This document shows, one piece after another, positions 28,510-37,887 of a stretch of DNA of 64,000 nt. The translations under genes were made by a program, and so were the position numbers. Within the stretch, counting starts at the first letter, position 1; every line of letters begins with the position of its first letter. The notes below the pieces were generated by a model that ran no database searches, was not told where the DNA came from, and saw only the letters and a list, made by a program, of their open reading frames with translations. This DNA comes from Candidatus Adlerbacteria bacterium. Its GTDB lineage: Bacteria; Patescibacteriota; Minisyncoccia; Phycocordibacterales; SBAW01. The DNA lies in the NCBI GenBank assembly GCA_027451965.1, contig DAIDHJ010000001.1, forward strand, positions 87,639 to 151,638. Direction: 5' to 3'.

Positions 28510-28956
28510 TCACGACGCTTTTTGTATTTCTATCATACGCACTGTTTCCTCTCCTTGGATGTGTGCCAACTGTATCTCAACGTCAGGGCGCGGCAACATC
28601 CCAACAAGCCGCTCCGGCCATTCAATACATACCAACACGGACGGATCAGATAAAAACGACTGCGGGTTGAGCGCAGAAAACTCTTCTGGGGTATCGAGTC
28701 GATACGCATCAATATGGACCAAAGTACGAAACTGATGAAACGTGATCGGATATGACTTCATGAGTACGTAGGTAGGGCTTTGTACTGCACTAGAAACACC
28801 TAGCGTGCGGGCAAGCGCTTGCACGAAGGTAGTTTTTCCCGCACCTAGATTTCCTTGAAGGGTAAGTATAGTCGCTGCTGTTTTGTGTTGTGAAACACAA
28901 TGCACAAGCACTTCACTGACCAATCGATCCATATCGGAGAGCGTGATGCGCTGCAT
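28510..28956 (-). CDS. tsaE: tRNA t6A biosynthesis ATPase TsaE
   Basis: LQGNLGAGKTTF, VQSPTYVL, HIDAYRL, IEWPE. Confidence 0.95.
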   Translation of the reverse strand: MQRITLSDMDRLVSEVLVHCVSQHKTAATILTLQGNLGAGKTTFVQALARTLGVSSAVQSPTYVLMKSYPITFHQFRTLVHIDAYRLDTPEEFSALNPQSFLSDPSVLVCIEWPERLVGMLPRPDVEIQLAHIQGEETVRMIEIQKAS

Positions 28957-28993
28957 AACAATCAGTGTAGCAAAAGCGTTGTAGAATAGAACA

Positions 28994-30676
28994 ATGCCGG
29001 TCTTTGCTGATGAAGAAAAAGAGAAGCGCATCGAATTTTTGCGCAAACAGGAAGAAGAGGAGGTGGTACAGATACTTTCCCATAAATATGGCGTCGAGTA
29101 CGTCGATCTTTCCCTCATCGCCATCAACAATGACGCGCTCCGATTGCTCACGGAGGCCGAATCGCGGGATGCGCAGGTTGCCGTGTTCGCACGGGTCGGC
29201 AAACGGGTGAGTCTCGCAGTGCGATCCCCCGAACATCCCAAAACAAAACTGATCATGCAAAAACTCACCGAACTGGGCTACACCACGGTGGTATTCATGG
29301 CATCCGAAGCAAGCCTCAAGCGCGCTTATGATCGCTATGCGGAACTTTCCTATGCCACTGAAAGCAAGGCTGGAGTGTTCGAAATTTCTCCGCAAGAGAT
29401 CGAGGAACTGCTCAGCAAAGTGCAGAACTTGCCCGACATTGAAGCTCTGATCACTGAAACGGTAAGCATACAAAAAACATATCGCATCACCCGTATCTTG
29501 GAAGTGATATTGGCAGGAGCGCTCGCCACTGATGCTTCGGATATTCACTTTGAACCGGAAGAAACGGAGGTGCGTTTGCGCTACCGTCTTGATGGTGTGC
29601 TCGTCGATATTCTTACCTTTGATCAAGATACGTACCGTCTCGCCCTATCGCGTCTCAAACTGCTGTCTGGACTCAAACTCAACATTACCAACGAAGCACA
29701 GGACGGCCGTTTCAGCATCAAAGTGAAAGGACAGGAAATTGAAATTCGCAGTTCTGTTCTCCCAGGCAATTATGGAGAGACTATGGTGCTGCGTATTCTC
29801 AACCCAGACTCCATCAGCGTGCCGCTCGAACAGCTCGGCATGCATGAGAAGCTACGCGCACTTATTGAAAAGGAGATTGAGCGTCCCAACGGCATGATTC
29901 TTACTACCGGACCGACCGGCAGCGGCAAGACAACCACCTTGTATGCTTTTTTGCGCAAGGTGAACAAACCAGGAACCAAGGTCATCACCATCGAAGATCC
30001 GGTCGAGTATCACTTGCAAGGTATCGTACAAACTCAGGTTGATAAGAAGAGTTATTCGTTTGCAGAAGGGTTACGCTCCATTTTGCGGCAGGACCCAGAT
30101 ATCATCATGGTCGGTGAAATCCGCGATGAGGAAGTGGCAGCGACAGCGATTAATGCCGCACTTACCGGACATCTCGTATTCTCGACGCTCCATACCAATG
30201 ATGCAGCCGGGTCTTTTCCGCGCCTCATTGATTTGGGCGTATCAGAGAAAGTACTAAGTTCCGCAGTCAACGTGTCCATGGCGCAGCGCTTGGTGCGCAA
30301 GCTCTGCACTGCCTGTAAAAAAGGACGGGCTGCAACGCCTGAAGAACAAGTCACCATCAAACGGATACTCGGAAGCGTCGTTGATACCGCTCTGGTTCCC
30401 CCGCAGATAACGACGGTATGGGATGCAAATCCGGATGGATGCAGTGCATGCCATAACCGAGGATACAAGGGTCGTATCGGCATCTTTGAAGCGATCTACA
30501 TGGATCAAATGATCGAAGAGGTTTTGCGCACAAAGCCAAGCGAACGAGAAGTAGCGAATGCGGCAAAGCCGCAGGGAATCCCGACCATGGTGCAGGACGG
30601 TATTATGAAAGTAGTGACCGGCGTGACATCGCTGGAGGAATTGCGGCGCGTGGTAGACATCGACGCCACTGTTTAG
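28994..30676 (+). CDS. GspE/PilB family assembly ATPase
   Basis: ASDIHFEP, GPTGSGKTTT, TIEDPVEY, LRQDPDIIMVGEIRD, STLHTN, two CxxC motifs. Confidence 0.92.
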   Translation: MPVFADEEKEKRIEFLRKQEEEEVVQILSHKYGVEYVDLSLIAINNDALRLLTEAESRDAQVAVFARVGKRVSLAVRSPEHPKTKLIMQKLTELGYTTVVFMASEASLKRAYDRYAELSYATESKAGVFEISPQEIEELLSKVQNLPDIEALITETVSIQKTYRITRILEVILAGALATDASDIHFEPEETEVRLRYRLDGVLVDILTFDQDTYRLALSRLKLLSGLKLNITNEAQDGRFSIKVKGQEIEIRSSVLPGNYGETMVLRILNPDSISVPLEQLGMHEKLRALIEKEIERPNGMILTTGPTGSGKTTTLYAFLRKVNKPGTKVITIEDPVEYHLQGIVQTQVDKKSYSFAEGLRSILRQDPDIIMVGEIRDEEVAATAINAALTGHLVFSTLHTNDAAGSFPRLIDLGVSEKVLSSAVNVSMAQRLVRKLCTACKKGRAATPEEQVTIKRILGSVVDTALVPPQITTVWDANPDGCSACHNRGYKGRIGIFEAIYMDQMIEEVLRTKPSEREVANAAKPQGIPTMVQDGIMKVVTGVTSLEELRRVVDIDATV

Positions 30677-30716
30677 TCAACATTGCGCCTTACTCCCTGT
30701 GCGGTAGAGTAGGCGT

Positions 30717-30892
30717 AGTTGGAAAGAGTACACCGCCAAGCAATGCCAATCTTCGATTAATCGAAGAAGCGGATAACAAGCCTGAGGATAGTTCTCGCAG
30801 CACTTGTATAAAAAACAAGAAGCCAGAACGTCCTTGGTAAGGATCCAGGACCCTCCCGGGCGGCATTGCTTGAAGGTGCACTCTCTCTAACT
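30717..30892 (-). ncRNA. Structured ncRNA, 6S RNA-like candidate
   Basis: About 29-bp closing helix with an internal loop, inner stems and hairpins; upstream TGCTATGCT; no credible ORF. Confidence 0.5.
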
Positions 30893-30946
30893 GAGAACAC
30901 TCCCCTACGGGAGTGACTGGTAAGAGCATAGCATAGTACCTATCAT

Positions 30947-31924
30947 ATGTCAAGCGAGGCCATGGCCGACAGTTTTGAGCAAAGCTTGCGTCCTTCCTCA
31001 TGGGAAGAATACGTCGGTCAGGAAAGCATCAAACGAAATTTGCATATTTTACTCTCCGCTGCAAAAGAACGCGGTACTTCTCCGGAACATGTGCTGTTTT
31101 ATGGACCTCCCGGGCTCGGTAAAACCACCCTTGCCCACCTTATTGCCCGAGAACTCGGCGCCACCGTACGCGCTACGTCAGGCCCGGCGATTGAACGAGT
31201 CGGCGATTTGGCAGCCCTGCTTTCCAATCTCACCCCGGGAGATATTTTGTTTATTGATGAGATCCACCGCCTGTCTCGAGCGATTGAAGAGGTGCTCTAT
31301 CCGGCAATGGAGTCCGGCTCACTTAACATCATTATCGGTAAAGGGCCGTCTGCACGCACTTTGGAGCTGCCGCTTCCTCCTTTCACGCTTGTTGCCGCAA
31401 CCACACGTGTTGCTGATTTGTCTGCACCGCTTCGCTCCCGCTTCTCAGGAGGCACGTTTCGTCTAGAGTTTTATTCCGAAGATGATATTGCGCGCATCAT
31501 TCGCCGCTCTGCCGCTATTCTTGGTATCGCTATTGATGCAGAAGCAGTCGCAGAAATCGCAAAACGAAGCCGTGCCACACCGCGCACGTCAAACTATCTG
31601 CTCAAGCGAGCGCGCGATTACGCACAAATCAAACGCACGCCTCTTACCAAAGAAACAGCCGCTGAAGCTCTTGGCATGCTTGAGGTAGATGCGCTTGGTC
31701 TCACGCCGCTGGATCGGAAACTGCTAGCGGTGCTCATTGAGCGTTTCGATGGAGGTCCCGCTGGCGTGAATGCGCTTGCTGCGGCACTATCTGAAGAGCC
31801 GCTTACTATTTCCGAAGTCCATGAACCATTCTTATTACAACTCGGCCTCATTGAACGCACGCCGCGCGGACGAATTGCAACACCAAAGGCATATGCTCAT
31901 TTAGGGAAACCCTCTCGCGACTAA
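30947..31924 (+). CDS. ruvB: Holliday junction helicase RuvB
   Basis: [38 protein letters not shown]. Confidence 0.97.
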   Translation: MSSEAMADSFEQSLRPSSWEEYVGQESIKRNLHILLSAAKERGTSPEHVLFYGPPGLGKTTLAHLIARELGATVRATSGPAIERVGDLAALLSNLTPGDILFIDEIHRLSRAIEEVLYPAMESGSLNIIIGKGPSARTLELPLPPFTLVAATTRVADLSAPLRSRFSGGTFRLEFYSEDDIARIIRRSAAILGIAIDAEAVAEIAKRSRATPRTSNYLLKRARDYAQIKRTPLTKETAAEALGMLEVDALGLTPLDRKLLAVLIERFDGGPAGVNALAAALSEEPLTISEVHEPFLLQLGLIERTPRGRIATPKAYAHLGKPSRD

Positions 31925-31951
31925 ATCGCTGTTGTAGTACACTCACTTCGT

Positions 31952-32479
31952 ATGTCAGGCCACAGCAAATGGGCAAAAGTAAAACACCAGAAAGCAGTTA
32001 CTGATGCCCGCAAAAGCAAGGTATTTTCCAAACTGGTGCGATTTATTACCGTAGAGGCAAAAAAAGCCAAAGGAGATAAAAGCGCTCCTGGACTGCGTGC
32101 GGCTATAGAAAAAGCACGTGCAGCAAATATGCCTGCAGATAATATTGAACGCGCAATCGCCAAAGCTTCCGGAACAGAAGGAGAACTAGAAAGTGTCACC
32201 TATGAATCATATGGTCCGGGGGGCGTAGCGCTTGTTATCCAAGGATATACGGACAACCGCAATCGCACAGCCCAGGAGATAAAACACCTTCTGAGCAAGC
32301 ATGGAGCGACATTAGCAACGCCCGGTGCAGCGCTATGGGCATTTACCAAAACAGAGAACGGCCTCGAAGCGGCTACACCAATAGAACTTACGGATACAGA
32401 GCTTGAATCATTGGCGCAATTGGTGGATGAGTTGGAAGAGCACGACGATGTGAACGACGTATATACCAACGCAGCGTAA
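31952..32479 (+). CDS. YebC/PmpR family protein, shortened
   Basis: MSGHSKWAKVKHQK, YESYGPGG, TDNRNRT, LEEHDDVNDVYTN. Confidence 0.92.
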   Translation: MSGHSKWAKVKHQKAVTDARKSKVFSKLVRFITVEAKKAKGDKSAPGLRAAIEKARAANMPADNIERAIAKASGTEGELESVTYESYGPGGVALVIQGYTDNRNRTAQEIKHLLSKHGATLATPGAALWAFTKTENGLEAATPIELTDTELESLAQLVDELEEHDDVNDVYTNAA

Positions 32480-32988
32480 TGAAACCGCAGATGAACAGAC
32501 GCGTGTTGGCGTGCGATCCAGGATTTGAACGCCTTGGTATTGCAGTGCTTGAAAAACAATCCGGGAAAGAAACCGTATTGTATTCGGATTGTCTGCGCAC
32601 CTCCCCTTCCATATCATTTCCGGAACGCCTGGCGCAGCTGGGCGCAGATATAGAAACACTTATTGCCACCTGGCAGCCTTCTTGTATGGCGCTTGAAGAT
32701 ATTTTTTTTGAAAAAAATGCCAAAACAGCAATGAGCGTTGCACAGGTACGCGGCATGCTTGCATACATTGCCGCAACACACGGTATGGAGGTGGAGAGTT
32801 ATACGCCATTGCAGGTAAAAGTTGCCATCACCGGATACGGCAAAAGCTCCAAAGAGCAGGTTGGTTCCATGGTAGTGCGGCTCGTATCGCTCCCCACCCG
32901 TCAGCGCCTTGATGATGAGATGGATGCCATTGCGGTGGGCCTTACTGCCCTGGCATCTGCCAGATATCCACATACAGGAAAAGAGTGA
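32479..32988 (+). CDS. ruvC: Crossover junction endonuclease RuvC
   Basis: CDPGFERLG, YTPLQVKVAITGYG, DDEMDAIAVG. Confidence 0.95.
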   Translation: MKPQMNRRVLACDPGFERLGIAVLEKQSGKETVLYSDCLRTSPSISFPERLAQLGADIETLIATWQPSCMALEDIFFEKNAKTAMSVAQVRGMLAYIAATHGMEVESYTPLQVKVAITGYGKSSKEQVGSMVVRLVSLPTRQRLDDEMDAIAVGLTALASARYPHTGKE

Positions 32989-33056
32989 GTTGCAAAAAGA
33001 AGAGAGTATTGGTACAACACCAGCATTAGTGGATCACTAAGTAATGCAATTAAGAT

Positions 33057-33185
33057 ATGGATGAAGAATTTGATGTCCGTAGTGAACTGAACGAAGACGA
33101 AGAAGATACAGGTCTTCCGGAAGGCATAGGAGAGGACGAAGAGCTCGACGACGAAGAGCTCGACGACGAAGACGAAGAAGCGTAA
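33057..33185 (+). CDS. 42-aa hyperacidic microprotein (not in ORF track)
   Basis: MDEEFDVRSELNEDEEDTGLPEGIGEDEELDDEELDDEDEEA; upstream TTGCAA-17-TACAAC; terminator after. Confidence 0.6.
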   Translation: MDEEFDVRSELNEDEEDTGLPEGIGEDEELDDEELDDEDEEA

Positions 33186-33188
33186 TAC

Positions 33189-33217
33189 AAAAAATCCCCA
33201 TTGCATGGGGATTTTTT
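33189..33217. terminator. Bidirectional intrinsic terminator
   Basis: AAAAAATCCCCA-TTGCA-TGGGGATTTTTT. Confidence 0.85.
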
Positions 33218-34415
33218 ATTTGATCAAAAAGCGTATAAAACGATGTTTGCCTATACGGTAGGTGCTCTCTATTGAAACTACCGCATGCGCATCCGTAATT
33301 TTTTCTCCTGTCTCGACGCACTGTACTGCCCCTTGTTCCACCAGCCGGGTAAATTCCGATCGAGAAGCAACAAGCCCGTGATCTTGTAGTAGTGTCGCAA
33401 GCAACGCACCAGCAGGCGCTGATACGGTAACAATATCCTCAGGTATACCCCCTTCGCTAAATGCAGTTATGAAATGTTGCTGGGCTTTTTCTGCCGCTGC
33501 TTTACTGTGATAGAGCATGGTGATTTCATATGCCAAACGCATCTTCGCTTCTTTCGGATGCCCTGTGCAAATCTGCCGTATCTCTTCCAACGGCATGCGG
33601 GTACATAGCTCAAAGTATGTGGACACCTGTGCATCCGCAATACTCATGAGTTTCCCATACATGTCCTGCGCAGCGGCAGTGAGTGGTATCGTATTCCCCC
33701 AACTAGAACTCATCTTCCTTCCGTCGAGCCCTATGAGAAGCGGTCCCATAACAATATCTTGCGCGGGCAATCCTATTTTTTCCTGCATAGTGCGTCCTGC
33801 CAACAGGTTAAATTTTTGATCAATACCCCCTACTTCTACATCAGCACGTATAGCGACGCTGTCGTACCCTTGCATGAGCGGATACAATACTTCCCGCAGA
33901 GAAACGCGTTTCCCTGCATCAAGGCGCCGTTTGATGTTTTCACGAGCAATGAAATCAGCGACAGAAAAGAGGTCCGCATGCTCGCAGATGGCACTGTACG
34001 TCAATCCTTCAAGCCATTCTGTGTTGTAATGCACTTCCGTTTGTTTGAGATCAAGCAACTTACCTATTTGTTCCACGTATGTCTTTTTATTCGTTCGGAC
34101 ATGCTCCTCAGAAAGCATGGGGCGTTCACTGTCCTTGTCGGATGTATCGCCAATAAGCGCGGTAAAATCGCCGACAATCAGCACAATTTGATGCCCTAAC
34201 TCCTGAAAATCTCGCAGTTTGAGGAGGGGGACCGCTCGGCCCAAATGAAGATCGGGAGAAGTGGGATCGACACCGAACTTAATCCGCAGCCGTTTTCCTG
34301 AGAGAAGTTTTGCACGCAATACATCCTTAACGATCGCTTCGGTAACGCCGCGAGAAAGCACTGCCTCCACTTTTTCCGGGTCAGTTACTATCCCTTTTTT
34401 GTGAAATAGCGCCAT
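33216..34415 (-). CDS. tyrS: Tyrosine--tRNA ligase
   Basis: GVDPTSPDLHLG, YPLMQGYD, GGIDQKFN, KMSSS, C-terminal S4-like domain. Confidence 0.96.
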   Translation of the reverse strand: MALFHKKGIVTDPEKVEAVLSRGVTEAIVKDVLRAKLLSGKRLRIKFGVDPTSPDLHLGRAVPLLKLRDFQELGHQIVLIVGDFTALIGDTSDKDSERPMLSEEHVRTNKKTYVEQIGKLLDLKQTEVHYNTEWLEGLTYSAICEHADLFSVADFIARENIKRRLDAGKRVSLREVLYPLMQGYDSVAIRADVEVGGIDQKFNLLAGRTMQEKIGLPAQDIVMGPLLIGLDGRKMSSSWGNTIPLTAAAQDMYGKLMSIADAQVSTYFELCTRMPLEEIRQICTGHPKEAKMRLAYEITMLYHSKAAAEKAQQHFITAFSEGGIPEDIVTVSAPAGALLATLLQDHGLVASRSEFTRLVEQGAVQCVETGEKITDAHAVVSIESTYRIGKHRFIRFLIK

Positions 34416-34450
34416 ATCCACCACTCTAACACAGGTGTATACTGAAGTTC

Positions 34451-36595
34451 ATGCGGCCTAAAAACCGTCTGCTCCGTACAATAAAAAAACGAGGTGGTCC
34501 GTGGATCATATGGGTACTCGGCATCCTGTTCCTGCTCATGGGAGGGGTTCTCCTATGGGCCTCTACACTGCAAATTCCTGATCTTTCTTCGCTCGAAAAC
34601 CGCGTGGTGGAACAATCGGTCAATATCTATGACCGTACTGGAACCATTTTGCTTTACAACCTCAACAACAATGCTCAACGCATCGTAGTACCGCTCTCGG
34701 CTATATCTCCTAATATTCAGGAAGCGACTATTGCAATGGAAGATCCGACGTTTTACCAAAATATTGGTATTCAACCCAGTGCCATTGCACGAGCTGCACT
34801 TGCTGACCTATTTCACCTTGCCCCAGTGCAAGGAGGGTCAACTATCACCCAACAGGTGGTAAAAGAGACATTGCTTACCAACAACAAAAGCATCACTCGA
34901 AAACTCAAGGAATTAGTATTAGCACTGAAACTGACTCGCACACTACCTAAAGACAAAATTCTTGAAATTTATCTCAATCAAACACCGTACGGAGGAAATA
35001 TATATGGAGTAGAACAGGCATCGGAAACATTCTTCAATGAACACGCTAGTGATGTTGATTTGGCTCAAGCGGCGTACTTGGAAGCGGTGCTTGCTGCTCC
35101 CACCTATTACTCTCCTTACGGAAACCATAAAGCAGATTTGGACGCGCGTAAAAATATTGTGCTCCAAAAAATGTTTGAACATGGCTACATTACCCAAGCG
35201 CAACTCGCTCAAGCACAACAGGAAGTGGTTACTTTTCAACCACAACATGAAACTGGCATTACTGCCCCGCATTTTGTGTTTTATGTAGAGCAGTATCTGG
35301 AAAGTAAATATGGAGCCGCGGCACTGCAACAAGGAGGGTGGAAAGTGATTACCACGCTTGATGCGGATCTGCAGACGCAAGCAGAAGCAACAGTGAAAAA
35401 GTGGGCCTTGTCTAATGCACAGACATACAATGCATCCAATGCAGGACTTATTGCTATCGATCCGAATACTGGACAGATTCTTGCTATGGTTGGTTCACGC
35501 GACTATTTTGATACGTCAGTAGATGGTAACTACAATGTGACCCTTGCCCTGCGTCAGCCGGGATCTACTTTCAAACCGTTTGTATATGCTGAAGCATTTA
35601 TGAAAGGATATACCCCTGATACAGTGCTTTTTGACGTACCTACTCAATTCTCAACCACCTGTGCCGCAAACAACTTCAGTAATGATAACGGGTGTTATGC
35701 TCCAGTTAATTACGACGGGCAGTTTGATGGACCGATGACACTACGGGATGCACTCGCACAATCGCGCAATGTTCCTTCGGTAAAATTGTTCTATCTTGCC
35801 GGACTCAATGATTCACTTGAATTGGCAAAAAGTATGGGTATCTCCACGCTTGGCGACCCGAGTCAGTACGGCCTCACTTTGGTATTGGGCGGCGGTGATG
35901 TAACTCTTTTGGATATGACAAGTGCATATGGCACATTTGCAACGAATGGAACCCATTATGAACCGGTGTCGGTGTTAAAAATTGAAGATCAGAATGGAAA
36001 TGTTATAGAAGATAATACACAGCCGGTTGGTACGAAAGTACTTCCGAATAGTGCAGCGGAGGAAATTAACAGCATACTATCCGACTATAATGCTCGCGCT
36101 CCTCTAGGAGAAAATGATTTTCTGAGTTTTCCTGGACATGATGTTGCAGTGAAAACAGGTACCACTAACGATTTTCGTGATGCGTGGACCATAGGATACA
36201 CCCCGAATGTGGTTATTGGTGTATGGGCAGGAAATAATAACAATGCTCCTATGTCCAAAAAAGTATCTGGTTTTATCGTTGGTCCTATGTGGCACGAGAT
36301 TATGAACTATGAAATAAATCGTGTTCCTAATATACCCTTCACTAATAGTGATATTCCTCCCGATCCACAAAAACCGATTTTGCAAGGAAATTGGCAGATT
36401 CCTGGCAACGACGGAAATATCCATAACATTCTATATTGGGTGGATAGAAACAATCCAACCGGTCCTCCTCCTTCCAATCCTTACAATGATCCGGAATTTC
36501 AATTATGGGATCCTCCGGTAGTACAGTGGGCGCAACAGCATGGTTTCATGCCAGGATTTCAACAAAACAGCGCTACTACTTCACCGCTTCCTTAG
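34451..36595 (+). CDS. Class A penicillin-binding protein
   Basis: EDPTFY, QGGSTITQQ, RKLKE; STFK, SRN, KTG motifs. Confidence 0.94.
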   Translation: MRPKNRLLRTIKKRGGPWIIWVLGILFLLMGGVLLWASTLQIPDLSSLENRVVEQSVNIYDRTGTILLYNLNNNAQRIVVPLSAISPNIQEATIAMEDPTFYQNIGIQPSAIARAALADLFHLAPVQGGSTITQQVVKETLLTNNKSITRKLKELVLALKLTRTLPKDKILEIYLNQTPYGGNIYGVEQASETFFNEHASDVDLAQAAYLEAVLAAPTYYSPYGNHKADLDARKNIVLQKMFEHGYITQAQLAQAQQEVVTFQPQHETGITAPHFVFYVEQYLESKYGAAALQQGGWKVITTLDADLQTQAEATVKKWALSNAQTYNASNAGLIAIDPNTGQILAMVGSRDYFDTSVDGNYNVTLALRQPGSTFKPFVYAEAFMKGYTPDTVLFDVPTQFSTTCAANNFSNDNGCYAPVNYDGQFDGPMTLRDALAQSRNVPSVKLFYLAGLNDSLELAKSMGISTLGDPSQYGLTLVLGGGDVTLLDMTSAYGTFATNGTHYEPVSVLKIEDQNGNVIEDNTQPVGTKVLPNSAAEEINSILSDYNARAPLGENDFLSFPGHDVAVKTGTTNDFRDAWTIGYTPNVVIGVWAGNNNNAPMSKKVSGFIVGPMWHEIMNYEINRVPNIPFTNSDIPPDPQKPILQGNWQIPGNDGNIHNILYWVDRNNPTGPPPSNPYNDPEFQLWDPPVVQWAQQHGFMPGFQQNSATTSPLP

Positions 36596-37689
36596 CGATT
36601 CATCGGCATTACTAAATAGAGAAACGATTCGTCGGAAGCATCTTTCATAACAATTGCTTTTCCGGTACCGTTTGCATGGATACGTACGCTTTCTCCAGCA
36701 ATAGACTGCAGGCTATCAGCGACATACCGTCCATTAAAAGACATGGAAATTGCTTCTCCGGCAATAGTTGCTCGTAGTGTGGAGATTTGTTCTCCTACAT
36801 CAGGATTATGGGAAGAGAGTACGAGTGTCTTTTTTGCCGGTTCTACTGCAAGAATGATATGAAAAAACTTATCACTAAATACGGAGAGTGATTTAAGTGC
36901 TTGTGATAGATCCTCTCGCAATACCACTACTTCCGTAGTGAATGATTTTGGAATAATTTGCTGGTAGTTAGGAAAAGATCCATCAATAAGCCTGCTGGTA
37001 AAATAGGTATTGTTTATGTGCGCGGAAATCTGATTTTCGTTGTAATACACATCCACATCTCCATTGTGCGTTTCTAATAGGCGAATAAATTCCATTGCAT
37101 TCCGTGCAGGAAACAGTAACCGAGGAACACTTCCTCTTGAGCGTAAAAGGATTGTTTTTTCCGCTAGGCGAAATGAATCAGTTGCCGCTACGGTGAGTTT
37201 TCCTGCTTCTGCAGAGAGCAACACGCTTTGTAATTCTGGTTTTATGGATGACGTGGAAGCACAATATCCAACGCTCCGTATCGCTTTTATAAGATCAATA
37301 CTTTTTACACTAAAACTGGTTGATGCGGCAACTCGAGGAAGGGTTGGAAAATCCTCCGGCGGGAGAGTTTTTATTGAAGCCACCATATGATCTGTTTCAA
37401 CTTGTATTGTGTGATCCTTAAGAAACACTGATACTTGTTTTCCTTTTAAAGTGGAAAGGAAACTTGAAAGAGTGTGTGCAGGAACCGCAGCTATACCTTC
37501 CTGCAGCACCTTTGCCGGCACTGTGATTTCAATTCCGCATTCAAGATTTGTCGCACGTAGTAATAATCGCCCTTGTTCGGCAATAAGAAGTATGGTGGCG
37601 AGTACTGGCAGATTTGGACGCTTATCAGTAAATCGAGTACTAGTTGCTACTGCTGTATTGAGTTGTTCCACAGTCGTTTCAAATTTCAT
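36592..37689 (-). CDS. dnaN: DNA polymerase III beta clamp
   Basis: ATNLE, ATDSFRLA, SRLIDGSFPNY, YLVMPM. Confidence 0.96.
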   Translation of the reverse strand: MKFETTVEQLNTAVATSTRFTDKRPNLPVLATILLIAEQGRLLLRATNLECGIEITVPAKVLQEGIAAVPAHTLSSFLSTLKGKQVSVFLKDHTIQVETDHMVASIKTLPPEDFPTLPRVAASTSFSVKSIDLIKAIRSVGYCASTSSIKPELQSVLLSAEAGKLTVAATDSFRLAEKTILLRSRGSVPRLLFPARNAMEFIRLLETHNGDVDVYYNENQISAHINNTYFTSRLIDGSFPNYQQIIPKSFTTEVVVLREDLSQALKSLSVFSDKFFHIILAVEPAKKTLVLSSHNPDVGEQISTLRATIAGEAISMSFNGRYVADSLQSIAGESVRIHANGTGKAIVMKDASDESFLYLVMPMNR

Positions 37690-37887
37690 AGGTGTATATA
37701 TTCTTGTATATAAAATCTATTACTAATACTAGTAGTGTGGATTGGTGGATATATCTTCTTTCTTGTTTGTTTTCTTATACATATTATTCAATATAGTATT
37801 GGGAATAATTTGTGCGATATGTAGATAAGATGAGTTTTGTATGAATGATGAAATAGTTATACTCATGTTCTCTACTCTCTGTACACA
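37690..37887. other. oriC unwinding region (dnaA-dnaN intergenic)
   Basis: Minus strand ATATCCACCAATCCACA-CTACTAGTATTAGTAATAG then AT-rich run; further degenerate DnaA boxes. Confidence 0.75.

Noticed and set aside
28913-29626. Long antisense ORFs here and over polA, pnp and pcrA
   Set aside because: Shadows of well-supported genes on the opposite strand
30717-30892. tmRNA, SRP or RNase P identity for the structured RNA
   Set aside because: No tRNA-like ends or tag ORF, no SRP helix-8 motif, no GAGGAAAGTCC
30690-31001. 103-aa minus-strand ORF over the structured region
   Set aside because: No protein features, overlaps the ruvB start; base-pairing explains the sequence better
33136-33180. 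Short tandem repeats as a CRISPR array
   Set aside because: Codon-level repeats of DEELD with no spacers; no cas genes or arrays seen in the window
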